From: Lama glama
Lineage: Eukaryota
NCBI GenBank assembly: GCA_028534125.1
Contig: CM052817.1
Coordinates: forward strand, 10,108,001 to 10,172,000
Length of the DNA: 64,000 nucleotides
Direction of reading: 5' to 3'
Numbering within the stretch: the first letter of the stretch is position 1; each line of letters opens with the position of its first letter. Shown piece after piece: positions 39,340-51,300 of the stretch. The position numbers were made by a program, and so were the translations under genes. The notes below the pieces were generated by a model that was given only the letters and a program-made list of their open reading frames with translations, did no database searches and was not told the origin of the DNA.

Positions 39340-40700
39340 TCGCCTCTTCTCACTTAAGTCTCTCTGGCAGCTCCTCCTCCTCCACCTGACCCTTAAGTGT
39401 TTGCTGGCAGGTGCTCTATTCACTCCATCCTGTCAAAGCACAGGTTACCCTGAAACCAGCCAGCCCTTAAGGCCATATTCTCTGATGTGCTGTCAGCCAC
39501 TTCCTCTTTCTTCTTTTCTTTTTTCCTATACATACTCTCCTTGGGCAGTCCAAGTTCAAAACCACCATCTAAATCCTTAAGTCACCCTACTTCAGCTCTG
39601 ACTCCTGAGCCTGGACCCGTATTTCCAACTGCCCTGTGGGCAACTCCATGAAATCCCAAAGGCACCTTTAATCTGCAAATCTAAACTCTGCATCTTCCCT
39701 GTTAGCCCTGCCCCTACCCCACCCTCACTGGCTCCTGCAGCCCTGACTAGCTCAGGGCTTCACCAGTGATACAGTTCCACGGGCCAATTCTGTCCATCCC
39801 CACCCCTCTCTCCCCAAGCCCTAATGACTCTTCCTCCAAACAGTTATGAACTCTGCCCTCCCGCTCTTCTCCACCTGCATTTGGTCCTCATCCTCTCTCT
39901 CCAGGTTACTGCAAAGGCTTCCCAACTGGCATCTTTTTTCCAATCCTTCCTCCCCTCAGCCCTGCTTGGCTTGGCTGCTGGTCAGCACGTTCACTGGTGG
40001 GCTACGGAAACCATCAGGCAACTCCTGGCCACGTCCAGGTGAGGTCTGCACCTCAGCACTGGGGACACCAGACCCCTTCCCACTTGGCCCGGGGCTGTTG
40101 TTTCAAGAGAGCCTCACACCCGCCTCCCAGAACCTTGAGGTCATAATTCTCCAGTTACACCACTCTTCACTCCTTGCAGTTGGCTCACGCTGCTCGAGGC
40201 TCAAGATCCCTTCCCGTTTCCACCGGTGAACACACGCGGGCGCCCCCTGCTCCGTGGAGACTTCCCCACGTCCCCATCCTCTCCCCCACTCGGCCCCCAC
40301 AGCACCTGCACCTGCCCGCACTGCCCGGAGCTGCGCTACGCCTGCTTCTCGTCTGGTTTTCTTCTGTACCTCTGCATCCTGGGGCACCGCACATCACACG
40401 CGCTCAACAAAGGCTTGCCAAGAGAACGGATGGATCAGGAAAGAGGCAGGAAAATCACAGAGGAGGGTGTGGCAGAGATAGGAGCAGAATCAGAAATTAG
40501 AAGTGGCAAAAGCAGAACGTAGTGGATCCTCGAGAAGAGGGCTCGTGGCTGAGACAGACTTGTTCTGAGATGGGGAGGAATCAGCGAGGCAGGAGTGCAG
40601 AGTTCCGGGTGTCTCACTGGATAAACGCAGCAGCCGCTGGAGATAAGGAGCCTCCTCTCAGTGTGTGTCCAAACGACTGCAAAGGTCACCCATCAGTGGA
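39340..40700. mobile_element. Degraded L2 fragments
   Basis: Pyrimidine-rich L2-like text (gtatttccaactgcc...ggcaccttta...ggttactgcaaaggcttcccaactgg); boundaries approximate. Confidence 0.45.
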
Positions 40701-41454
40701 CAGGGTGCCACGATGCAGTCACAGCCAGTGGGCCCGGGGGCGGGGGCGGGGCTCACTAGTATCTCAGTGTGTGAAGGAGACAAACAGCTTACAGCACAAT
40801 TTTAAATTTTAAAAAGCAAATTAAAACCAAAAGGTGGAGATAGCTGTACCCCCTGTTTGTTTAGAAAATTGTCCTCCACAGAAATGCCTCCCCAGTGACA
40901 GCAGAGGACTGGGCTTTTACCATAACAAGTGTTTGCTCTGGGCCGCAAGAGCAGGGACCAGCGATCAGAGGAGGGGCCCCAGGCCTGTGACTCAGTCTCT
41001 CAGAAGAGAAAACCGTGGCACCTGTCACCTGCTCATCTTCCACAAACCACATGTGAGGGACCGGGGGAGGGTTCGTATGAGGATACGAGACTGCGAAGCA
41101 CAACACCATGTCCTGAACCACTTACTGTTAATGCCACATGAGCTACAGTGGTGCCCACCGATGACTGGTGGTCACCTAGTGCTTACTGATGCTATTTCTG
41201 CAGCCCTGTTTCCATAGAGAAAAGGCAACATGTCAAATAAGCATATTTAACAAACTACATAGCCTGAGTAAGTCATTTTCTGTAAACTAGTTACACAAAA
41301 TAAACCTATGAGAGTCTTACTATACTGTAAATATGAAACACTGTTGTGTCAGGATCCTACCTCTAGAAATGCAGTACTTCTAGTTATAAACATCAGTTTA
41401 GATTCTCCAATGGAGAAGTTAAAACACTTTTAAAAAATCAAATGATAAAACACG

Positions 41455-41640
41455 TTTTGAGCGCACAGCTCTCATAACTAGGACATCGGTTCTGTCATTA
41501 TGCCCATTCTATGGATGAAGAAACCAAGGCACAAAGAAGTTAAGGAGGCCTCCAAGGTCACAGAGGAAGCAAATGGTAGAGCCAGCCTTCAAAATCAAGC
41601 AGTCTATCCCTAACTCGTGTGCCTGCTGGCACTAGAATGC
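41455..41640 (-). mobile_element. MIR SINE
   Basis: attatgcccattctatggatgaagaaaccaaggcacaaagaagttaag...aaggtcacag...aaatggtagagcca. Confidence 0.7.
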
Positions 41641-44600
41641 TGTGTTTATCACTGCCTCACACAGTCCACACTGTGCTCTGGGAAACCGGGACCCCATCGT
41701 CCTGTTCCTGTGCCCCCATAGCACCCTGAACCCTGGTTTACTTCTCCGAAGGAACACTGGTAACGAGTCAGAGCTCCCTTACCAGACCATGAGCTTTTCA
41801 AAAGCAAGCACCATGTGCCCTGATCTCCCCGTGTCCAGGCCCCAGAGAGTTCTGAATGTAAGGCTAGTGTCTGCTATGAGCAACGCCAAACCAATGGGCT
41901 GGGAATGATTTCAAAAGACACATGAAAGCAATACTGACAAAAAACCCCAAGCTGTATAGGGTGAAATATTTCCAAAGCCTTATCTTACCGCCCCCGCCCC
42001 TGCTCCCGGAGACCCAGCCCTGCTTGAGGGCGGGGGAGTCTCCCACTTTACGTCGTGAGGGAGGTGACAAAGGTCCTGCACACACGACTTCGTGAAACCC
42101 TCACAACAGTTCTGAGAGCAAAAGAGAGCAGTTAACGGCGTTCACATTTTGCAAACGAAGGATGTGGAGCTCACAGAGGTTGGGAGACCTGTCCGAAGTC
42201 ACTGAAAAACTAAGGGGCAAACTGGGATTAGCACCTAGAGCTCTGCGCTCTGCACCCAGTGTGCTCTCTCCCCGGACCACAATTACCACCTGTCTATCTG
42301 ACAGTCATATGAGAGAAGATGACCTGGCCCTGACCTGGTTTCAACCTGTCAGAAAAAGCCTTCTGAGTCACACTGAAGAAGAGGAGTCTGCTACCCAGCG
42401 GCCGGAGCCACCAAGACAGCCTTCTGCCGTGTCTGGTCTGCCCCATCTTTTCCTGGCACAGATATATTTTGCAGGATGCTACTCAATCTTCTGTTCGGAA
42501 GTGTAGGTGTGTTTCAGGGTTTCTGTTTGCTGTTGCTGTTTTAAACATTGTTCTCTAGCATTCCACAGTCTCACCTGAACTCACCTGTCCTGTGATACTG
42601 GGGACAGCACCTGGCTAATTATTTAGGAAGGCTACTGTTCTTTGACCCCTCTCTTCAAGAATTCTGCTAGCTAGGTGTACCTTAACTTTTTCCATACCGT
42701 GGTGGTATTTCATTCCTTCTTAGCAAGAATCACTTTCATTTGTTATGCTAAACATGTGTCTTTATAGTCTAAGAGCAAATTATATTCTAAAATAAAGTAA
42801 CTGACATGTTTGCTTTCTGAACTTTTCAGATGTCAACCAATTTTAGTTAATTTCTCCAGTTCTCACCAAGAAGGAATATCATTCAGTGAAAGTCTTTTAA
42901 AAAAAATAGCAGCATTTTACTATTTAATTGTAATATAAATAAGAGCTTCTACATTTGAATAAGTAAGTCTTAGCAACTGTAAATACTTGACACTAGGAAA
43001 ACAGTACCAATAATAATAAATCCAAGTCAGTTCCTCCAGAGAATTTTTAACCAACATTCATCTACCACAGAATTGCCCTGTGATCTAGTATCTTACATTG
43101 AGGAAAAGTACAGTGGTATAAATGGTTTCTTTCTCATCCCTAAACAAAGAAATAGTATGTTTAATTACCTTCTGAGAGAGTTTTAGAAATAGGAACCCAG
43201 GATAAAAAAGTATTAATTCAAAGTAATGAGGAATCATAAATACATTTACATGTTGGGTAATATGCCCAAATATATCTTTCTTAAAATAGCACTGACCATT
43301 AAAAAAATTGGAAAGTAATACTGGTTAAGTGTTAGGAAAATACTATGAAATATGCAAATCTCCACAGTCCTAAACAATGTCAAACTTTAATAAGCTTTAC
43401 TAAGGCTACACTACAAGATTAACTGTAAATTTATTACACAAATATAAAGGCTCACCCTTGCACAAGGCCAACGAGGAATCAATACAACACCAATTCTGCT
43501 TTCCTAAGTCAAATATAGTAAAGGCACCATTCAAGCTTTTAAGGCCTTCAAATTGTTTATAAATAGTCTCATCAAGGGAAGTAAAGAACAGGCAGAATAT
43601 TTATAAACTTATAGATCAAAAACAGATTCAAAAAGAGCAGTGATTCTTTCCCAAAGTCACAAGGTTACAAAGTAAAGGACTAAACATGGGAGCAGAGCAC
43701 CATTAATGTGCCAGTGAACGCTGCACAGCCTTTCCAAAGACCTCTTGTATTCAACTGTTCCCCAAAGTGGGCCACAAATGAGCTGCGAGCACTGAATTCT
43801 GGAGGGTGAACTTGGTTGATGTTAAACATTTTTAAAAAGCCAAGGTACTGAACCGGTCAAAGATCAAAATAAGTAGCTTCTCAGCGCTTGTTTAGTTTAC
43901 AAGTATTAAAGTAAAGCAAGTGAGAATTTTAAAAACAGAGCAGTAGTTGGTCCAAAGAAGCTCATTTTACATTACCTGTATCAGGGCTGGGGTTACTTCA
44001 GGTAATTTCCCAGCCAGCTTTATAGTTATTCTTATTTCCTTTGCAAATGAGAAACTGACTGGCTCTACAGCTTAGTTTTCAGAATCACAGCCTTTAATCA
44101 TGCCTCAGGAGAAGTCTGGGAAGCCACAGGAGTAACTGTAACACTCTGTGGAGGATGAAGATGGGTTCAACGTAAACGTATTTTAATAAAAATATGTTGT
44201 TTGTAAGAAGAACTTAAATTTTCAATTACACAAATAATAGGACACGGGGAATGTGAACAGCAAAAACCCTTGTCCCACTGGAAACCTTTTGTGGGAACCA
44301 CTAAAAAGGAGACCGGCTGGCTTTTCTGGGGTTTAGTCTTTCTTCCTGCCTCGGTTCATTTCATGGGGGTAGGGCAAGAGTCCTCAAATGGGTAAATAAA
44401 GAGAAGAGCGACAGATAAAAGGCTCAAGCTCTAGAAGTGAAGAGTCACCACTTAAAAGGGAAAACAATGGGCCGCAGGGCACGAGAACAGTCAGACACAA
44501 CACTGCTTGCTCACTGCTTCCTTCAGGCTCTTTGTTTTACAAGAGACCCCCAGCCCGGTGCGCACTCCGGCACCCGCACTGCACAGGTGCTGTCCTCCTC

Positions 44601-47600
44601 CCCGGGCGGCGTTTCACTTCTTTCACACCGACTCCTCTACCGTGAAGTTTCCATGATCACTGGACCCCACTGAGACACTGCAGATACTAAGCCATTTAGC
44701 AGTGGCGTTATGAAACAGAGCCAAGTGGATTAGGCAAGCATGGAGTACAAAGCAACCAAATCAAGCCAAGGACAGATTGCCCAACTCAGTCCAAAGTTGA
44801 CTTGTTGGACCTGGATTCCTAAATGGGAATACGGCTAGAAGGAAAATCTCCCCTTCAGAACTTTTATAGACGAGTGAGGTGGGGGACAAGCACAGAGACA
44901 TTGTTAACATGTGCTTATTATGTGCTCTTATGTCAGAAAGGTCAAGAGAAGTTGGTCGTTTTTTGAAGAGTAGGAAAAAAAGAAGACAGAAGAGATGAAT
45001 CTGCACTTTTCGGTGACTACCACACCCAGAGTACAAGACAGGTGAGCAGCTAAGGCAGTGGTCGAATGCACAATGGCCATCTTGAGAGAGAGAATGAAGA
45101 CAGGAGTGACAAGTGGGATACCCATCTCTAACTAGGTTAAGGTTTAAGCACCAGCACCCTGGAAAAGTCTCAGCCCACTGCCAGGCTACATGTAAGTAAA
45201 AGACGGAGTTCAGAGACCAATGTGATCATAAGAGTTTGAAAAGAGAAACAAAAAGAACGCTCACACTTGATGCAGACACGTGTATACGGTATATGTAGCT
45301 GTATATACACTGATGTTCATCTATATTCCATAAACCTATGGAAGAACAAGGACAGGTATAAAACAAATATGGGAACCTCAAACACTGTGTTATTTTACTT
45401 GGATTGGGAGAGTTTGGCTAATCATCTAATCTGTATATTCATTTATGGGATCCGAGGTGGTTAGGACAGGTCAACAAATGTCTAATTCATAAGAGCCCTA
45501 AATTCCTTGGGAGAAATAATAAAGGGGATTTTGGAACTAACTGATGGTTAAGGCTACCAAGACATTAAGATTATGACTTTCAAAAGGAAAGACAAAGGTT
45601 GCCCTAAATTGGAGGTGTGCAGGGTTGGGGGGGGGGTGTGTGTGGAGAGGACTAGAGGCAGCACCAGAATACAAAAAAATGTACAAGTAACAAGTGCAAG
45701 CACCTTGGCTTGGAAGATGTTTGATTCAGGAAGAAATGCTCCTCACATGACACTAGGTGGTGCCACTCTAAGGCCCTCTGGCCCAGGCCAGCCCCTGGGG
45801 AAGAGCTTTCTACATTCTGGACAGGAGAGGAAGGGAAGGTTACAGAGCAGCGGAAGGGAGCAGTGCTGGATAGTAAGGATGAACACAGAAGCCACTTAGC
45901 AGCCAAGGGCATTTAACAATGGCTGAAAGAATTCTAATCTCTAGCGAGGATGCTCTGACCAGTGCTGCATCAGAGTCAGAGAGCCCTCACCAGCAGTAGC
46001 AAGAGCTGTGTGACCAGCAGAGAAGGGACAGATACCCGGGGGAAGGCTGGGAAGCCCAGATGGAACAACACCGACTGGCGACTCCAGCTGAAATACTCCT
46101 GGGATTCTCACCTACACCCTAATCCCCAAGAGGTGCCATTGACATCTCTCCTCACGTGTAATGGATGGAACTGGGGGAACAATAAGGACTACCCCAACAA
46201 CTAAAGCTGAAAGTGTGCCCTGACAACGACTTTCTGTAACTATGGGTTAAAAGTCCAGCTTCAAATAAGTTAAGTAAACCTTGCTCAGTATCCCATGATG
46301 AAGAATGCATGTGCAGCATGAAGTCTAGAGAAGTCCACGGTACCAGGTATCCAGACCCATGCTGGGAAGGGCCAGGGAAGGGGTGTTGAGGATTTATCCA
46401 GGAGCCTAATATCTGCTTCTGACAAGATTCCTGACAACGTCATTTTCTGTGCATGCAACCAACCAAAAAAGGCTTTAATGAAGGTGGATTTCCTAAAACT
46501 CAGAAATATTTCAAAGATATTGGAGTGACATTTGGCCACATTTGTTTCTATTAGCACCACAGTGCTTTTAATGTTTAAGTCTATGTAAGTAAACGGACAG
46601 TTGAGAGATTTAATAACTCTAACTTAGATCCTGCCAATTCAGAAAGTATATACTCTCACAAGTATGTAACTGACAACTTAACCAAAATAGAGTTGAGAAT
46701 TTTTAAATGGTTCAATGAAAAGCACAGTCTGTACTTAATTTTTCGAAGATAAGGACCTCTTCAAAATCTAACCAACGTCTAATTCTGAAAATTAGCAAAT
46801 CATTCAGGATCTCACCTGACTGGCGTTAAGGCATTTAATAACTCTTACATCCTCAATACCCAGGTACAACCAATGATGCAGTAAGCCTCACGACTTAAAC
46901 ATTTATTCTGACGAACTAGAGGAAGTAACAGCTAATGCAGCTCCTACTGTGTACCAGAAGCAATTTTTTTAGCTGGAAGAAATTTAATGGAATTGCGGTT
47001 CAGCTGCTGTTCGAAACTTAGAATTATGCAAGAATTAAAATGCTGTGATCACTTTATAGTCAATCTGAAACATGCATCTCAAAGTCTTCCTTATTCTTAA
47101 GCCCAATACACAACTGCAGTATGAGTACAAATGCAAGTTTTAAGAAATCCTCTAACAACAAGGATAAAATTCCTATAGCTTGAAGAAATAATATTATAAT
47201 AACATGCTTAAAACCGGTCACTGAAAGTAGGAGTCACAAGTGTATCTTTTTTTATGCAGTTTTCTTTTTTTTTTTTTTTTGAAGTGGCCTAAGTTTCGGT
47301 TTAGGAAAAGTTCACTAGTAACATTCGGAGAAGTGCTAAGTATTCCTGTTCTGGGCAAAAGAACTGAACTTCACGGTCATTATTACCACTGTCAGCTGCG
47401 GCAGAGAAACACGTATTTGGAGGGCAGGTTAACAGGTTTCTATGGCTCAAGTTCGCTTAAAATACAGAACAAAAGTCACCTTGGCACGAACATAATGAAG
47501 AGATCAGCCTCGCGCTTCCCTGAGACGTGGGAGATGTTAGCCAGCGTGATCGAGGCTCGAGAATACCCCAGGCTTTTCTTTTTTTTTAAAAAAGATCTTT

Positions 47601-47890
47601 CAGAAGCAGTAAAGTGACCCGGGACGGAACTTCCCGGCCGCAGCGCTGTCGCTCGGACGCACCTGGCCGGGCGCCTGCCGCGGGGGCCTCGGTGCCGCGC
47701 GGACCCGCCCGCGGAGCTGTCAGTGGCCGCCGAGCCCTGGGAGCCGCGGCGGCTCCGCGCGCCCACAGCCCGGGCGGCCCCGGAGGCGGCGGCGGCCGCG
47801 GGGTTCGCGGCCGGGAGTCCCACGGCGCCCCCCGCCGCCCTCGGCGCCCTCTCCGCGGCCTAGCGCCGCCCGTTCGCCCGCCCGCCTCAC

Positions 47891-48092
47891 CTGCACGGCT
47901 GCGGCGCCGCTCCCGCCGCCGGTCGCTCTCGTAGAAGCCCAGCGTCTCCGTGTGCTGAGGCGCCGGCGGGGGCCCGTGACCGCCGCCGCCGCCGCCCGGC
48001 TGCTCCGCCTCGCCGCGGCCGTCCCGCTCCGGGCCGTCCGCGCCGACACCGCCGCCTCCTCCCGGGGCGGCCGCGTCGCCGACGCCCGCCAT
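47891..48092 (-). CDS. TAPT1: TAPT1 coding exon 1 (202 nt, MAGVGDAAAP...ERRRSRA+G)
   Basis: ATG in AACATGG context at 48092; donor GCAG|gtgagg; contains the TETLGFYESDRRRERRR segment of TAPT1; ends phase 1. Confidence 0.95.
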
Positions 48093-48267
48093 GTTCCGAG
48101 CACAACAAACCGTCCCCACCGCCTCCCTCCAGGCTCCCGCCCGGCCTCCGCCTCCGGCCGGCCCCCTTCCCGCCTCGCCCCGCCCCTCGCCGGAGCCCGG
48201 GCCGCCGCCGCCGCCATCCGCGGCCCGCCGGCCGGCGCGCGCCATTGGCGTCAGCGGCGTGTGCGAG

Positions 48268-48291
48268 GCCGCCGCCGCCGCCGCCGCCGCC
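48268..48291 (+). repeat. (GCC)8 trinucleotide repeat in the promoter CpG island
   Basis: Eight perfect GCC units read directly. Confidence 0.9.
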
Positions 48292-48297
48292 ACGGCA

Positions 48298-48308
48298 GCC
48301 GCCATCTT
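48298..48308 (+). promoter_or_regulatory. YY1-type motif GCCGCCATCTT
   Basis: Matches the YY1 consensus CCGCCATNTT; a second match, CCGCCATGTT (about 48086-48095), overlaps the TAPT1 start codon. Confidence 0.6.
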
Positions 48309-51300
48309 CTTCCTGCCGTCGCCGTGGCGCGCGCTGGCTTCCCGCACCGCCGCGGGCTCCGCCGTCCGGGGCCCCGTGCCCGGCTCCATGCCGCCGGGCC
48401 GCGCGGCCGGGGAGAGAGAGCGCCTCCGGGGTTCGGGTCGGGGGCCCGGCGGGAACGGGCCGAGCGCGGCGGCGGGCGGAGGGTCGGCCGAGGAGCCCCG
48501 GGGCGGCGGCCGCTGCGCCCGCTGCCCGCCGTCTGCGAGGTGGCCGGCCGCTCGCTCCGCGCCCCTTTTGCAGGCTCCGTGCCCGGAGTGCGCCGGCGCC
48601 GCCCGCCCGGTCTTGGCACCGCTCGCGCGGCCGCGGCGGTGAGGGCCCGGCTCCAGCTCCCCGACCCCCGTGAGGCCCGGCCCCATAGGTCCGCTATTTG
48701 GGTCCCAGCTCTTCTGCATAGTTCTGGTCGCCCTTCACATTCCCTGGCCTCTGGGTTTCCGTTGACAGTTTCCAAAGCACTTGGGCAAGAAGGAGCCCGG
48801 GGATGCTGTCCAACAGGTGGGGGTGCGACGGGCCCAGGGACTCAGCCTGAGGAGCAGGATGCTTTATACGTTTTCCGCGCCCGCAGACACACTAGACTGG
48901 CCTTCGGCATTAGGGTTAGGATACGGCTCTTGGCCGCCGCGGTGCCCTTGCTCCATCACCTGGGCGGCCTCTTTACTTGGGGTGACCGTCCTTTGCAGCT
49001 CTGGCATGTGATTCCGCACCGAGAGCGGTGTCGAGACCACTGACCACCGCCGCAGCAGGGCTCGGGAACGGGGCCGGTGCTCCGATTAGTGGGACGGTGG
49101 CAGGTCGATTTCTCGTATGCCAGCTTCACCTGTGCCTCTGATACCCTCTTGATTAGCAAAAAGCAAACTGTAATTCTTCCTTTAACGTTAAGCTGTCTGG
49201 AAATTCCCCTAGACATAAACTTGAGACCCATATGTAAATGGGTATAACTAGAGCAAAATAAACCTCGTGTTAATTCATCAGAGGCCTTGAGAGCTCTGTT
49301 GTCACTAGCGAGTACCTACCTGGTTGCAAACTCAGAGTGGGCTGTTTTTGGTACCATGCTGAGGGCAGCCGCCTAACAGTGTAACAGAAGGGCAGAGGCG
49401 GGGGCGAGGGACCACGATGGACCAAAAAAGGCCCTGTGGTTGGGAACTCACCCTTGGCCGCCTGGTGAAAGGAGGAACTAATGCCTTTGAAACATCCCTA
49501 TCCTCCTTCATAAAACAGCGGTTTACAGGATCACATTTCTAAACATTCCTGTGACCATGAGATTCTCTGTTTTGGTTATATTTGGACAAAGCTGAGTCTT
49601 AATGAGTCAGTCAAAAACAAATGCTCTGGTCAAATCTTCAGAATCATTTTGAAAATCAAAAGCTACTGAAAATTTTATGACCTCTAAGCTTCCTTACAGC
49701 TTAAATTCTATTATTCTCTGATCTTTTGTAGTGTAAAACCAGCCCATTTCATTATTTACTGATTGTCAAGGAGGAAGTAGGCTTTTATTGCTTGTTTATG
49801 TCAGTTCCCAATTACTGTCTCACCACATTTATTGGCTTATGGCCCCTGCTTTTAACTCAACAGGAGCTGGAAGGGACAGAATCTGAAATTCTGTTTCCTA
49901 AGGCAGCCAGTTGTGGAGTGGATTTCTCTCATTTTCTGTATGGGCCTGTGGAAGAACATGGTGTTCCAAAGGCAGTGTGTATGCTTTAAAATAGTCAGCA
50001 AAGAGAGGGAGGGAGCAGTGTTTCCAGGCCAGGAGTGAAGGTGTTAACAGCAGTGGAGCAAAGCAGAAATGGGAAAGCTGAATGTCTTGTAGTTTTTCAT
50101 CAGTTGGGTCTTTTCACTGGAGCTGCATTATTTTACCTGATGCTTTGTGAAACTGCACAATTTCAAACAGACTTGTAATGAAGTCAACATACTAAAAAGC
50201 ATTTTTGAAGCAAACATTAATTGAAATAATTTTTTCAATTAACGCTATTCTTCCCTTACCTAGGTGTTAATAATTAGATAATCAAGCATCTTATCATAAA
50301 TGAGAAGTTGCTTTCTTTGAGTTAATTCAACCCATTGCAAATTTTTCAGAATCCAGGAAAGGATATTATCAAATTTGTATTCTAAATTATCAGAATGGTA
50401 AATGACAAATTTTAAGAGATAGTTACAAAGCATAGAAGGACAAACAGTTCCCTAAGAAAAATAAACAACTTAAAATACGATAATGTTCTTTACAACAGTT
50501 GTAGAAAGAAAGATATAAGCTTAGATTTATAATATCACCATTAGGAAATAAGGGAAATAGTTAAAAAAAAAAAACAAACATGACAACTCTCACCATTAAA
50601 GAGATACCCAAAAGTGTTCTGAGATAAGTTATCAGATAAAAACGGAATTTGGATAACAATAAGCTACAGGAATTGAACTTAAAACAGTAATTCAGAAACA
50701 GTGAGATGGTGTGCAGTTAACATGTTTCTGTACTAGCTGTTCGTCAAAGTAATCTTTGGTGGGAAATAGTTTCAATAGAGGAAAGTGAAGAGCAAGAATG
50801 AGAAGTTAAGAAGAGTCTTACATGTAAACAATACAGAAGGACAGAAATTTAGTGAGTTAAGAAAACTTTCTTAAATAAGAAAGGGATTTATTTGGCTATG
50901 ATTATATAAATTCAGTTAAGAGTTTGTAAAATTGCTACACGTATTCGTAACTGACTGTATTTTTTACGTGACGGTAGTAAGACCTACCACGTAGCTATTG
51001 TATTTTGAAAAAAGCAAAATGCAAGAGGTTGTTTTTTAAAAAAAAGAGAATTGGGTGAGTAGTGCACAATTTAAAAAAATGAATTGCATAACTTTATATT
51101 TTGGTAATTTAAGATTTAATAATTGAGATCTTGTGATTATACAAAATACATTGAACCGACTGTGTATGAACCATGGATGCAAACTCCAGAAGATGATCTG
51201 ACGAAGCCTATGCACTCTGGTTGTGTCTTTCACTGGTAAATGGGGCAATACCTATACTATAATAGGAGCTAGAAAAATTTTCCATTTTTTTTTTCCTCAG

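Larger units (their letters stand above)
632..48092 (-). other. TAPT1: TAPT1 gene span (coding exons 1-11; 3' exons outside window)
   Basis: Eleven exons with GT-AG boundaries splice into one open frame of 413 codons (MAGVGDAAAP...ARRMGFIPLPLAVL) that matches recalled human TAPT1 (DUF747/Emp65-family multipass membrane protein). Confidence 0.98.
47620..49080. promoter_or_regulatory. CpG island / TAPT1 promoter, probably bidirectional
   Basis: Very GC- and CpG-rich tract covering exon 1 and about 1 kb upstream; GC-box-like GGGGCGG/GGGCGG motifs; CCAAT on the minus strand near 48244-48248. Confidence 0.92.

Noticed and set aside
42568..42590. Two tandem strong donor motifs (CAG|gtgagt, CAG|gtgaga) in intron 1
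   Set aside because: No convincing upstream acceptor within exon range.
47476..49043. Long overlapping ORFs on both strands (up to 377 aa) over the CpG island
   Set aside because: Gly/Ala/Arg/Pro-rich and stop-poor because of extreme GC content; only the TAPT1 exon-1 part matches a known protein.
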